Program-made: the position numbers and the translations under genes
Notes under the pieces: model-generated
The model's input: the letters and a program-made list of their open reading frames with translations, nothing else
Database searches by the model: none
What the model was told of the DNA's origin: nothing
Shown: positions 47,345-61,489 of the stretch, piece by piece
How positions within the stretch are numbered: the stretch's first letter is position 1
Layout of the letters: each line of letters starts with the position of its first letter
Origin: Octopus bimaculoides
Taxonomy: Eukaryota
DNA: 64,000 nucleotides
NCBI RefSeq assembly: GCF_001194135.2
Contig: NC_068981.1
Span: forward strand, 20,978,323 to 21,042,322
Reading direction: 5' to 3'

Positions 47345-48760
47345 TTTTCCCAGTTTTCAGAGTTGGCACTGCAAATGTAGGCACATTGAAAGGTAGGTCT
47401 AGCAAGATTGTAGAGATGCTTGAATGGAGACATGTTGATGTATGTTGCATACAAGAGGTAAGGTGGAGAGGAGCTTCAGCCAGAGTCCTCACAAACAAAG
47501 CACATAGTGATGGAATAGGGGGTGTGGGCATACTTCTTGCAGAGGAATGGGTGGATAAGGTCATTGAGGTAGTGAGGGTGTGTGATAGAGTACTTAAACT
47601 CAGGCTAGTCTTGCAGAATAGTATAGCTACAATTATCTCTGCCTACATGGGCCTACCAAATGAACAGAAAGGATCACTTTTATGATATTCTTCTGCAGGC
47701 TACCTCAAAGACGAGTGACAATGATCTCATCTTTGTGGCTGGAGATTTTAATGGGCATGTTGGACAGCAACCTGGTATCTTCCATGGTGTACATGGGGGC
47801 CATGGAGTTGGTACCAGAAAGGAAGAGGGAACAAGGCTCCTGGAGTTCTGTGTGATCTGCAACACCAACTTCAGGAAGCCAGCTAGTGACCTGATAACCT
47901 ATCAATTAGGTGACTCTGCTAGCCAGATTGATTTCATTCTTACCAGACAGCGGGATGCATAGTTGCACTTAAATAAAAAGACCCTTCCTGGTGAAGAATG
48001 TACCCCACAACATAGACTAGTTATTAGTGACTCGAGGCTAGAAGGATGCCAAAAAAGCAGACCAATCTGGAAAAGAAGGACTTGGAAGCTTAAGAACTCT
48101 TCACATGGTCAGAGATTTAGGGATATCCTTACTGAGAACTTTGATAAGGAGGAGGAGTTACAGTCCTGTGACATAGAAGGAAGCTGGGAATTCCTGCGAG
48201 ACAGATTGCTGAGTGCCACAGACCAAATCTGTGGCTGGTGCAAAGTCTCTTCCAAACCTAGGGTAACATGGTGGTGGAAAAATACTGAGATGCTTAAAAT
48301 ATCAGGTGGTGTGGGTTATGGTCTAGTCACCCACATCGTAAATCAGGTAGTTCATGAAGGAGTCATACCCAATAACTGGTGTAGCAACTGCAGGAGAAAT
48401 ATCTAGCCAAAGATAAACATCTGCATTTGGCTTTTGTTGACTTGGAGAAAGCCTTTGACAGGGCCCCCCAATCCCTTATCTGGTGGTCAATGCGGAAACT
48501 GGGGATAGACAAGTGGTTGGTAAAAACTGTACAAGCCCTGTACAGGGATGCTGTCAGTAAAGTGAGGGTTGGCAATGAGTATAGTTCTGAGTAGAAGTAG
48601 GGGTCCTCCAGTAGTCCATGTTTAGTGCAGGCTTCTCTATAGGTCAGGAAGACTTCCCATTGTGTCTTCAAAAGTCTGTGAATGATGTAGAACCTCTGAC
48701 AGTGTGTAGTAGTAGATGCAGAAAGAAGCACTCCTGCTGATTAGGGTGCACAGTGTACAT
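47345..48760 (+). mobile_element. RTE LINE fragment: AP endonuclease and partial RT, with internal deletions
   Basis: NVGTLKGRSSKIVEMLEWRHVDVCCIQEVRW, FVAGDFNGHVG, SQIDFILTR, and AFVDLEKAFDR on reading the DNA at about 48430. Confidence 0.9.
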
Positions 48761-49941
48761 CCGCCTGATGGCCCCACTTCTCAAGACAGCATCTTCTTCC
48801 CAGTCCTCAATGCGTGTTCTTTGCTTGTGTCTGTTTCATCTATTGTGTGCCCAGGTATAGTACATGGGGACCTCTACATACAACAGTATTTGGGCAAACA
48901 GATCACATTGGCATAATTTGAAGAAAGCTGTCAAAGTGGTTTCTCATGGATTCAGAACTATGTTTCAAGCATTGTCTTCTGTGAAATATACACGCTGGCC
49001 ATTTTCAAGATGTACAGATAAATTTTAAGGTGTTCCTACATGTAAACAGGGTGTGATCTTTGTGCATTTGTCTAAAAGCAGAAGAGTTCTTCATGCAGCA
49101 CTTGTCAATTGGCTGAAGTGACATGAAAGGCATCGTCATTCATGGTATATTCGTGAATAAGTCACTAACCGAAATAAGTGGATCTATTGTTTACGAAAAT
49201 ACTATTTGTTTAAGGGTTGTACTGGATAAATTGTGAAAATAACTCTAACAGTTCAAATACTAAGAAATAAGCATACTCAATTTGATTTATACCAAATAAT
49301 ATAGGAAAATGAATGGGTTATTTCCTTTGGCTGTTAAAATAAAATATGTTAGTTATATATAAGGATCCCTTCCAGGGGCCCTATTATCGATTTTTTTCAA
49401 CAATCTGAGTATGCCATGAGGTTTCCAGACATGAGAGTTCTACTCACATGTCCAGTTTCATCAAAATCGATAAAATGATGTAGGAGGAGTTAGCTAACAA
49501 CTTCGCAAACACACCCACAGACAGAATTTCCTACATATGTAGTAGATAAAGTTATTAATGTATATTGACCCCTTTATCCATTTAATTTTGGCCTACATTA
49601 TAAGTAGTAATATTAGGAATAATTGTCCTTATTTTGCCTGAGAGATCTAGTTTCTACTTCAATCAGGCTCACGAAGCCAAATGAGTTTGACACGCCTGCT
49701 CTACATGATTAGTTGAGCTGCTGGAAGGGGAGAAACATTAACTGCTGCAAGGAGTTTTATTGAGTATTATGCTGTATTTGTTTAATATTTTGCCTAAAGT
49801 TAGATACAAACACACAGGTATTAATTATAATTACTGTTAGGCAGTTGCATATTATCTCCTCATTTCTATAGATGATCTGTTAAGGTTCACACATATTTGT
49901 TTTTGATATAAGTTCAAAAGTTTATCACTGTCCTCTTGCTC

Positions 49942-50109
<168 letters not shown>

Positions 50110-50220
50110 GACATACTTAGGATCCACTTAACTGTTGAACTCTAAGATAAACCAGTAACTGTATCACTAGGTTTAGAGGACAGAATTGTCAGATAACTAA
50201 CTAGTTGCATCGTTCTTACC

Positions 50221-50299
50221 ATGTCTGATGAACATGAACTTACAGAATGGCAAAAATACCTTTTAGATGAAGACACAGACATTGCTGTCTGTCAGAATG
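50221..50299 (+). CDS. Candidate alternative first coding exon (MSDEHELTEWQKYLLDEDTDIAVCQN), in frame with CNEP1R1 exon 2
   Basis: ACC-ATG start context, 26 protein-like codons, then a phase 1 donor AATG|GTAAGA. Confidence 0.4.
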
Positions 50300-52300
50300 G
50301 TAAGAAAAGATTTCATTTTAAGTTTCTTGTGGACACAACTTCACAATTTTCATTTGTGTCTAATTTACTATTAAGAAATTCCAGCTATAGATTTCTTTTA
50401 GAAAGACCCTTTAAAAGACTTAAAGCTCAAGTCTTGTTTTAGACTATCACTTCTTAATTTTCATTTTTAAAAATATAGATATTGAAGTGGTAAATATACT
50501 AAATTTTAAAACTTTAGTTTTTCTTAGTTGAATGACAATATATTTTTAGTTGATAACTCATAAGGAAGTAGATAGATTTTGCCTGAAAAATCAAATTTTA
50601 GAATAGAATTCCTACAAAAGAAAGGAACAAATCAAAGTGAAATTTTGGTAGAAAACCTAACCAATATTTGAGAAAACTTGATGAGAATATTTTGTGAATA
50701 ATTGCTAGATTACCATAAATGATATGAAGGAATGTTATACATATGATAGTACTGTGATAATATTAGAAGAAAAAATTTAGAAAAATCTTACCTTTGTATT
50801 TCATGAATTTTAGTTGGTGATTTACAATTCTGTGGTAAGTGATAATATTATATAATGTAAATAACACAAATCCATACATGTGGTTTTATACAATACTTCA
50901 ATTTGATGTTGTTGTTAATGTTTGTGAAGTAATATTATTATTGCAATATCAACCTTGTGATTGCAGTATTGGTAATATCATGGTGTTCTTGTAGTAATCA
51001 CTGCACTATACCAACATAATTTAAAATGCAAAAACTATTTTCCATAACAGTATAATAAAACCTGAAATTCCACCTTTAGTTGTTGTAATATTCTGTGGTT
51101 AAAATAAATTCAGTATTCCTGGTACCATCTTACAGTGTTGTAAAGTGACAAACATATATTACATTCTGTCTACTATACCATTGAGGGTATCTCAAAATGA
51201 TAGAGATGAAAGTATGTCCTTCATAAATTGGCCTGTTCATCAAACATTTTCATACTCACTTAATAGGAGGGCGTTTTCTGTAAAATTTCAGTGAGATTTG
51301 GTAGATAGTAGATAATAGGTATGGAGTAAGTTATTGAATGTTCTCTGTTAGTGACATCAGATTGAATTGGGTTGATAATAGATGTTGTTAGAGCAAAGGT
51401 AGGTGGAGGACCAGTTGTATCCAGATAGTAAACTTCTCCCAACCACTAAAGGCCCTAACTACCATGCTCACTCTTAATCTCCCCATCAACACTGATATAG
51501 CACAACTTATCTTTACATTTATAATTATTTGATTCTGATATCTTTTATTTTGATCGCAGCTACTTATGATATGACATCCCCCCTCCACAGTGTCCTATTA
51601 ATGTGAAATTCCAAATTAGTTGATATGCAGAGCAAAAAGAAATAAACTGAATATTTAAGAAATTTTAACCCTTGCAAGTTCTTACCTTAATTATGATCTA
51701 AGGAAACTGCATCCATATATAGGATTTTTCATTACTTTACTCTATTGATAGTCTTAAAGTATAGTTTCAAAGCTTTCTGCTACATGTTCATTAGGTTTCT
51801 TAAGAGTTTCATCTTCCTTATTATAGTGATCAGTATTATTTCAGTTGTCTTATTATTATTGAGAGCTTTCACTGTGCAGCCTAGTACAGTTCCCTGTACC
51901 TTCATTACATGCAGTTTTCTTTTGTTTTCCTGTTGTATTGAACGTACTCTATGTAATGTGTGCCATGCCTAGTTGTGCTGTTTTCTGTGTACTGTATAAC
52001 TTACAAGTCCTGTAGTATTCTAAGTAAAATGTATACTGTGCCTGGAAGTGCTATTTTCTGTATGTTGTGTGTGAGTGTGCTGAGAAGTTGTAAGTTCAAT
52101 CAAAATAATGAAAGTACATGATAACAATGAGAATGTTATTATTCATATTCTCTTCTGATCGATAAATCTGGTTAGCTGTGACAAACTTTGATCAACCATG
52201 ATAAAAACTACATACAGAAAAATTAATGTTGCAGATATATTCAAAAGGCCTGAATGTTAAAGATATAAACACAACATTCTTCAAACCTGCTGTTGATATG

Positions 52301-52367
<67 letters not shown>

Positions 52368-53313
52368 ATATATGCATATATGCATATATGCATATATATA
52401 GATATGTTATAAGCATACCAAGTGGCAATAATTGAAATAAAGATGTGTACACTTGTGTATTTAACATCTTGTACATCTGAACATGAAAAGATGTTTGCTG
52501 CGCTTATAGTCTTGTAGAAAATTTCTTTCTAATAGACCATGTTTGTAATACCACATTATGCTGGACTTTGAATAACATCATTAGATTGTCAGTCATGTGT
52601 ATGTGTTTTAGCATGATTACACTCTCTCAGTGCCAAACACTGCTTCAGTCATTTGTACATACATAAAACACATATATGATGTATGTACTAGGTAGTTTAT
52701 TGGTAAATGAAGCAACAAAATATACATGTATGTCAGGTGCCAGTGAGTCGGCATTATGCAAATACGTCTTCATGCATGTGAGTTTGTAGAGAGCCTTTAA
52801 TTGATTTGGTCTAGAGAAAGGGGCTGTGCCCATGGCCTTTGCAGATCCTCTAAGATTGATGAGATTGATACCATTAATCTTACCCTTAAACTAATACAAG
52901 TTGATGACTGCAGAGAAAAATATGTAAGGAAGGAATTCCAGAAGAGCTAAACATAGTGCAGAGTAGGTTAGTACTGGGTGGAGATGGATACAATAAGGGG
53001 TGATAGTAGGAGGAAGTGGAGTGAATTAGGAGTGCCAGAGTGGAGTTGGTACTAACCTAACCCGCTGCAAAGAGCTGAGATTACTATGGTAGCAGTAGAA
53101 AAAGAAGAAAGAATAATCAGTACATTTGTAGGCCAGAGGTTGGGGTGTGTATGATTTTACATTCACATAGACTTTGTGTCCTTGACTATATGTTTTTAAT
53201 GAGTTATTAGGAAGTTAAAGTTACAAAGTTCTTGTAGAATTTTGTGCAATGGAAATTGTAGCTGATTATGAAAATGCCATATATGTGAACTGTTGGTAAA
53301 AGACGGTGCTGCA

Positions 53314-53834
53314 CAGGCATGTCAAACATGCAGTCTGCGGGCTGCAGATGGCATAGCTAGAAATTTAAAAATGGGGAACCCCAAAATTTTTAATAATAAA
53401 AATAGTTAATAATATTGTTACATTTATGTATTTATTTTGCAAGATCCCTGATGTGAAATCATGTGTTGAAACAGATATTGTTATATTTTGGGATGGTCAT
53501 TTTTTCTCCAAAACAGTGACGTCCCAACATGACTGCAGCTTTCAAGCTGAAACTAGTTAAAGAATTAAATAGTGTGTGTTTATACAGCATAAATTTTTTT
53601 TTTTTTTAAATGAATGACCATCCCAAAGTATAACAATAATCAATAATAATTTAATTAATAAAAATAGGATTATTGATGACCAAATGAAAGGTTTTAAAAG
53701 ATTTTTACTTAATAACAAAAAATTGATATGATGAAAATCTTTGTTGTAAACATGTGTTTAATAATATGCAGCCCTCATGGCAACATGTATGTGAGCAATG
53801 CAGCCCATAGGGGCTCTGCAGTTTCACATGCCTG
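53314..53834. mobile_element. Non-autonomous hAT-like element containing a nested MITE-like inverted repeat
   Basis: Termini CAGGCATGTCAAAC...GTTTCACATGCCTG. Internal inverted repeat ATTGTTATATTTTGGGATGGTCATT / AATGACCATCCCAAAGTATAACAAT at about 53476-53638. No clear 8-bp target duplication. Confidence 0.6.
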
Positions 53835-56339
53835 GTGTGGTGAACTCATAATAGTTCTTGTGTGAACTCAACTGCAGTTCTATTTGTTGGAGTGTATGAT
53901 CATTGTACACAGTGCTGTTCTTCATGTTGCTGGTGAAACAGAATCTGAGTTGATGATTTAATAGCTGCCTTCTGTCCTTGTTAGCACATCTGCTATCTGT
54001 TGCTTCTATATCTGCTGTGAGATATGTGGTAGCACTGTCACTCTAAGCTACTCTGTCTGATCCTGGCATACTGAGTTGGGTTACATTACTCGACAATCAC
54101 TGCAAACAATACCAGTTGGTAAGTTTTGTTTTTCTGTTAGTTCTTCTACTTTGGTCATTAGAGACATTTATTAATATAGCACTGTTCTGAGTCACTGATT
54201 GGTTACAAAGGTTGATGATATAGGTTCATTTTGATGCCAGTTTGTCTAAACGAGATGGTAGACTACTTGATTGGTCCAAAAACTAATGACGTATGCCACT
54301 GGTATTTCAGGCTGTTGCCATAGAAGCTGTCACTGCTGTGAAAGTATGCACACTAGGTGATTGGTCAAGAAAGGTGCTGCTATGTGGCCGTAGCATGGTC
54401 CCATTCCTTGTTAGTCTGCAAGTAGACTTGAACAATCATAAAATCAAATTGAAATCTGTAGATTTGTTCATGTTCCTGGCCTGTTGCAAATATACTATTG
54501 TAATATATTCATTAGAACTTTTAAGCTGTGAGGATTTGGTTGTTTATGTTTACATTGTCTTTTTATCATCCCCAATGTGAATTCTTTTCTTCATTCACTT
54601 CTGCTTTGTTGATTCTTGTCAAGTATTTGCTGTATAGGCTTTTTTTTTGCTGATTGACAGAATTGTTAGAGCTTCAGACAGAAAGCTTCAGTGAATTTGC
54701 TCTGATTCTCTGTGCTGAGTTCAAATCCTGTTGAGGTGAACTTCATCTTTCATCTTTTTAGAGTCAATAAAAAAAATAAAATACTAATCCAACATGGTGG
54801 ACTGGTGAGACTGTAAGAACATTCAGCCAGATGCCTTGTGGTATTTGTTCCAGTTCTATGTGTTCTGAGTTAAAAGCGAGCTATGGTGCCAGACTTAATT
54901 TTTCACCTGGTATAAAACCATAATCTGACACAGGTGTCTTTAGCAGAAATTTCCCTGTTGTAAGCATTCAAGCTAGATTTCCAGTTTGAGGATGCTTTCC
55001 TGCCTCCCTGCCACCAGTCTCAGAAGTCTTAGCTAAAAGAGATAAAAATACTATTTTGTTGTTTCATTTTCAGTTTAGTTTGTTTCTCCGTTCTTGTCAC
55101 AAAATGTGTGTTACCACTGTGTTTCTATCTTATTTTTGTTTTGTTCATGTTTTGTAACTATTTGTATTAATTTCTCTTTATTATTTGATGTTTTTGTAGT
55201 CCTATGGTAGATATTTGATAATATTTTTGTACTGGTTAGAGTTGTGATACATGTTATTTTTATTTCGGACTTTATAGTATTAATGTGATGCTTCTCTTAA
55301 AATTCTCTCTGAATCTTTTTACTCATTTGTTCTCATTTGTATGTATTATACTCTATCTAGTTCATTTGTATCTAAGTATTTGTAAGTCTATGCTCAATCT
55401 AATTATCTTATCTCTGTGTCTTTATCTCACTTGATATTAGTGGTTTTCATTAAATTTTCACTCTTCAATTATTACCTTGACGGATTTATTTTGAAAACTT
55501 AATTCCATACCAATTTATCTGCAGAGTACAACCTGATATCTTTATATATAGTTGATTGTCTTCTCATAGTACATAGAACTTGTATCTGCATTTCATCTGG
55601 TTTAGCATGTTGGTTAAAAGTGTTGACACCAGACTGAAGCAGGAATAGGGAGAGAAAGTCCCCAATGGGTTTTGTTTATTTTTCATTTTCCTCTTGGTGG
55701 TATCTACAGAATTATTTTCTATTCATTCTTGACATGTTTGATGTACTTACTTATTATGGTTGCTCCTTTAATCATAGCTAATGTTTATTGAATCCAGTCC
55801 ATGCTCAGATCCTTTTTCCTCCTTCTGCAGTTATTGGTTATGGCTTTGTTAGTCATTAATTTATCTTTACAATCACACCCTGTAAAATGGTTAGCATTAG
55901 GAAGAGCATCCAGCTGTAGAAATCATGCCAAAGCAGATATTAGAGCATGATGTAGTCCTCTAATTTATTGGATCCTGTTGGACTATCCAATTCATGCTAA
56001 CATGGAAGATGGTTGTTAAATGATGATGATGAATATCAAGTTTATGCAGTGTTCATTATTTTCCCCAGTTGTGAGTAATTTTTTTACGGTGGTCATTTAT
56101 CTCGTGTCATATTATTTGTAGCTAAAGCTTTGTAGTTATTAGTCTTTCCTGTTTCCTTAGTCTTAGAGATTAAGGTGTCAACCTAATTAATGACTTGTAT
56201 GAACTAAAGATCCAACTTTTTAGATATACCACATATCTGTTTAACCTGAGGACCTTACAGAACAGTCCTACATATAGTAGTGAATTATATAGTGTTATAT
56301 GACAGTTTGGTTATGTTGCACTCTTTCCACTGTCTCGTC

Positions 56340-56700
56340 TATTTCTGTATGCCTGTAGATTCTAGTGGTGGCCATAGCGAAAGCAGCCTAGGTGGATTTG
56401 GTTAAAACACGATAGTTGCTTTTTTCCTGCTCTTATCCCAGCACAGTGCTTGGTGCTAGTGTGGCTATTGATCCTGCAACTATTTTTGTGTTTATGTGCT
56501 TTCCATGATTGTCTGGGCTGAGTGGGAGGGATAGTGTTCTTATTTGTGCTGTAGTAGTGGTCTGTCGCATTTGTAGGTGATTTTACATAGAGTGGCAGAG
56601 ACTGTGAGGGCTGGAGATTCATGCAGCAACAAACCGTAGTCCTAATATGTCCAGAAGAGCTTTCATATAGAGTGGAAGGTTTGTAAGTAGAATATAAGCA
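56340..56700 (-). mobile_element. Degenerate CR1/jockey-like LINE RT C-terminal remnant
   Basis: Frameshifted LDILGLRF... and ...QLSCFNQIHLG resemble the LINE C-terminal motifs; weak. Confidence 0.4.
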
Positions 56701-57849
56701 CTCTGAACCGGTGGTTTTGTATTGTAGTACCAGAGGTGGTCCCACATGGGCTGGTATCAAAAGGACTAATCTTTTAACCAATACTCCCTGCTAGTATGGT
56801 TGGAGAGTTTTATTATTAATGTTTTTAAAGTCAGATATTGATGTGCTATAATTATTTTAGTTTAACTAACACAACTAAAGTGTCTTCAAGGAATGTCATT
56901 GACAGGGTTAGAATTCACAATACTGTTGTTCTAATAACACACCTCAGTAACATCTTTAATTATTTCTCTAAATAACATGGGTTTCTATTTTCTGTATTTT
57001 GATATGTATTTTGAAAGTAGGTTCTTATTCCTTTATCTTACAATTTTGAAAAATTCTATTCCTTAATTTTCCTTTCTCAATTCTTTGTCACCTTAGTATA
57101 GTGTTCATGTAGTAATAGCTCTTAGACAAGTTTTGTTGTACCATTTGTTCATAGAAATAACTATTTTAGATATGCCCTACACATTATACCTTAAATTTTA
57201 CAATTTTTAATGTAACACCTTTGTTAGAAATAGAAGACTGACAAAAATATTTGTTCTTTATTACATAATTTTAATTTGTTATTAGCTTTCTGTATAATTT
57301 ACTTTCTTTTACTTTTATTTTTGTTTCATTGGGTATGTCTTTCTCTAAATTCCTTTTTAACTAATTACTAAAGCATCACGCAGTATTTCTTTTCAGATTC
57401 AAACAACTATTATCTTAAAAGATTATAGAAGAAACAGATATGAATTATATATTGTATCAAATTGTTAATGAATTTATTCCAGATAACTAATTTATTCTTA
57501 ACCTGTTGCTAAAATGATTTTCCTCTATGTAACACATCTTTCTTCCATGTAATGTAGCATTCCTCTGTGCATAAATGCTGATCATGACACATACCATGTT
57601 TGAAGCTTAATCTACATTATCCACATTTTTTCCTCTGTCTTCATGTATTGTGATTGCTTTCTCTCATAATGTATCATTTCTATCCTTACCAATCAAATCA
57701 TCTCCTGTTTACATTTGCCAATGTTTTGGTTAGACTTTCTCATCTCTTTGCTGCTATAAAACCATACATACAATCAAATCATACATATACATACACTTAT
57801 GTGTGTGTATGTGTGAACTGATTATTTTAAAGGTATATGTTTGGAATTG

Positions 57850-58216
57850 TTGTTGGCACTCCATTGCTTATGATGTCGAGGGTTCCAGTTGATCCGATCA
57901 ACGGAACAGCCTGCTCGTGAAATTAACGTGCAAGTGGCTGAGCACTCCACAGCCACGTGTACCCTTAACGTAGTTCTTGGGGATATTCAACGTGACACAG
58001 TGTGACAAGGCTGACCCTTTGAACTAGAGGCACAACAGAAACAGGAAGTAAGATTGAGAGAAAGTTGTGGTGAAAGAATACAGCAGGGTTCGCCACCATC
58101 CCCTGCCGGAGCCTCGAGGAGCTTTAGGTGTTTTCGCTTAATAAACACTCACAACGCCCGGTCTGGGAATCGAAACCGCGAGTCCGCTGCCCTAACCACT
58201 GGGCCATTGCGCCTCC
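57850..58216 (-). mobile_element. tRNA-derived SINE (third family), CpG-rich and apparently young
   Basis: Minus strand GGAGGCGCAATGGCCCAGTGGTTAGGGCAGCGGACTCGCGGTTTCGATTCCCAGACCGGGCG; the tRNA head is shortened by an internal deletion. Confidence 0.85.
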
Positions 58217-58296
58217 ACATGTTTGGAATACTCATCCACTTACATGTTACATGTTTATTCAACTGAAAATTCTGTAATCCATCCCTTCATCCACAT

Positions 58297-59245
58297 ATAT
58301 ATTGGGTCATCCCATAAATAATGCAGTTTTTTTCAATTGCGTGAACTAAAAGACAGAGGGGGATGGGATAAACTACCCGCATCAACTTGCTATAAAAGCA
58401 GGTAATAATTTTACCTTGTGCTTAATGTTAGTGCAAATTTTGAAGAGTGCAGTTTGATTTCAACAGTTATTTTTTCAAAGCTATAATGGAAGTGACAAAG
58501 GAACGTATTTGGCATATTTTGTTTTATGAGTTCAATAAAGGCAACAATGCAACAGAAAATGCAAGGAATATTAATGCAGTATATAGGGATCGGACAATAA
58601 GCTTAAGCCAGTGTCAATGGTGGTTCCAGAAATTCTGAGCCGGAAACTACAGCCTAGAAGATGAGCTTTGTCTTGGAAGATCGGTAGAGCTCGACAAGCA
58701 TGTCTTGCAAACCCTGGTGGAACAAAATCCCAGCATAACTGTTGAGGAACTAGCAGAGAAACTTGGATTTGGTTATTCAACCAGTTCTCAACACCTGCAT
58801 GCCATCAGAAAAGTCAGCAAATTGGGTCAATGGGTTCCTCACAAACTTTCCGAGTCTAATCGCATGTAGAGAGTGAATGTGTGCTCTTCTTTGCTGTCAC
58901 GTCTCACAAATGAACCTTTTTTTGGACTGAATAGTGACTGGTGATGAGAAATGGGTTCTCTATAAAAATGTCAAGCACCAAAGACAGTGGGTAGGAAAAG
59001 GTGAAACACCTGCACCTCAGGCTAAAGAAGGTCTTCACCCACATAAGGTGTTGTTATCTATTTGGTGGGCTATGAAAGGTTTAGTTCACTTTGAACTTTT
59101 AAACTCAAACCAAACGATAACAAAGGAGATCTATTGCGAGCAGTTTGAGTGGCTTAAGTCAGCACTTGAAGAAAAAATGATCATTTTTGGTTTCAAGACA
59201 AAAAGTGTTCTTCCATCAGGCTGATGCTTGGCTACATACAGCATC
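58297..59245 (+). mobile_element. 3'-truncated defective mariner
   Basis: Left end TATTGGGTCATCCCATAAATAATGC; MEVTKERIWHILFYEFNKGNNATE..., WVPHKL, VTGDEKWVLYKN, LHPHKVLLSIWW; stops at an RTE tail insertion. Confidence 0.9.
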
Positions 59246-59582
59246 CAATGACCCCTCTCTTGTCAAAGAATCTTTGTCTTGCAAGCTACTTGGTGACCCT
59301 GTCAGTGTTGGTGCCATATAAAACCATCCAGTCCACACTGTGAAATGGTTGGCATTAGGAAGGGCATCCAGCTGTAAAAACTGTGCAAAAACTGACCTTG
59401 CCTGTGCTTGTGCCACGTAAAAAGCACTCTGTCTATCCTGCTGGGTTGTTGGCATTAGGAAGGGCATTCAACTGTAAAAACTATCAAAACAGACAGCAGT
59501 CTGGTGTAGGCTCCTGACTGGCCAGCTCCTGTTAAAACATCCAACCCATGCCATGCTAACATGGAAGGCGGACATTAAATGA

Positions 59583-59673
<91 letters not shown>

Positions 59674-60684
59674 CATACACACACACATATATATACACAC
59701 ATACACTCTAATAATCCTTCCTACTATAAGCACAAGACCTGAAATTTTGGGGGCGAGGGCTACTTGATTACGTCAACCCTGGTACTCAAAAGAATGAAAA
59801 ATAAAGTCAATCTCGAGGAAATTTTAACTCAGAACATTAACATGGATGAAATGCTACTAAGTGTTTTTGTCTGACATGATTCTGCCAGTTTGCCACCTTT
59901 CTATGTACTGATGCCAAGCCAAATAAAAGCATGGTTGTCCTTGCATACAGGCTTGTCCCCTGCATCTCTCTTCAGCTGAGTATTCCTAATCTTGTAGGTT
60001 TGTGGGTGCTGGTGCCACATAAAAAGCACCTGTACTGGTGCCATGTAAACTCATCCATGCCAGTGCTGCGTAAAGGCACCTAGTACACCCAGTAAAGTGC
60101 TTGGTGTTAGGAAGGGCATTCAGCCCTGTAAACCATGCCAAAACAGACATGGAGCCTGGGCAGCTCTTCAGCTGGCCAGCTCTTGTCAAACCGTCCAACT
60201 CATGCCAGCAGGAAAAACAAACATTAAAAGATAATAATGATGATGATGATGATGATGAATACCTTGTCTGTTAAGTCCTGACCCTCCTTCTGTTTTGTCT
60301 TTAGTAGTCATTGTATTTGCACTATGTATACACACACAGACACATGTGTGTGTGTGTGTGTGTGTGTGTTGTGGAGATGAACAAAATTGGAGTAGCAAAC
60401 AAAAAGCAATACCTTATGTTATTTACTTCTCACTATGGATGATTTGTTTCTGATTGAGATCAATAAAATAGGTACTAGACAAAATACCGGACTCAAAATA
60501 ATGACTGAAACAAGTGGAAAAGAATATCTACGTAAGTAAATTAGTGAATGCAATTCAATGAAGGGTTATTTTTAGGATATGTTCTCTAAAATACACATGT
60601 TCAGTTCCATTTAAATTTTCTACAAATCTAATTATTTAAAGACCTGGTATGTATGGGAAATATGTTTTGTTTGTCTCTTTTCAG

Positions 60685-60756
60685 ATCTGAAAGCTTTTGA
60701 AAGACGGTTGACTGAAGTTATTGACAAACTGCAGCCAGCAGCCAGGTTTTGGCGAA
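60685..60756 (+). CDS. CNEP1R1: CNEP1R1/TMEM188 coding exon 2 (72 nt, phase 1-1)
   Basis: TTTGTCTCTTTTCAG|ATCTGAAAGCTTTTGAAAGACGG...TGGCGAA|GTAAGG = (D)[23 protein letters not shown], matching the known [24 protein letters not shown]. Confidence 0.93.
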
Positions 60757-60865
60757 GTAAGGCAATTACTTTACTTCTTTATTTATATGTATATTGTTTT
60801 TCTCTTCATGAAATTTTTGCCAATCCTAAATGACTAATAAAAGCAATAATAATAATAACGATAAT

Positions 60866-61475
60866 AAGGTTTCAAATTTTAGCACATGACCAGCAATTCT
60901 AGTGTGTGGGGGGTAAGTTGATTACATTCACCCCAGTGTTCAACTGGTGCTTGTTTATTGGCCCTGAGTATGAAAGGCAAAGTTGACATCGGTAGAATTT
61001 GAACTCAAAATGTTAAGGGCCGGAAGAAATGCCATTAAACATTTTGCTTGGTATGCTAACAATTCTTCCAGTTTGCTGCTTTAATAATAATCCTTTCTAC
61101 GATAGGCACAAAGCCTGAGACTTTGGGAGATGGGAACAGTCGATCACATTGACCCTAGTACTTAACGGGTACTTATTTTATCGACCCCACTGAAAGGATG
61201 AAAGGCAAAGTTGACCAGAAAGCGTAAAGCCAAAAGAAATGCTGCTAAGCATTTTGTGCCATGTGTTAATAGTAATAATAGTTACTATAAGGCTTGGAAT
61301 TTGATGGGCAGGGTTTAGTCCATTACATTAACTCCAGTGTTTGACTGGTACTTAATTTATCGACCCTGAAAGGATGAAAGGCAAAGTTGATCTTGGTGGC
61401 ATTTGAACTCAGAACGAAATGCCACTTAACATTTTGCCCAGTGTGCTAATGATTTTGGCAGCTTGCCACCTTAAT
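60866..61475 (-). mobile_element. Three tandem copies of the short SINE family separated by (AAT)n
   Basis: The GAAAGGATGAAAGGCAAAGTTGA...ATTTGAACTCAGAAC core is repeated at about 60970, 61200 and 61375. Confidence 0.8.
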
Positions 61476-61489
61476 AGTAGTAACAATAA

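Noticed and set aside
56740-56781. IPAHVG as an RNase H motif
   Set aside because: The following GNE.AD residues are absent and neighbouring frames fit a decayed LINE C-terminus better.
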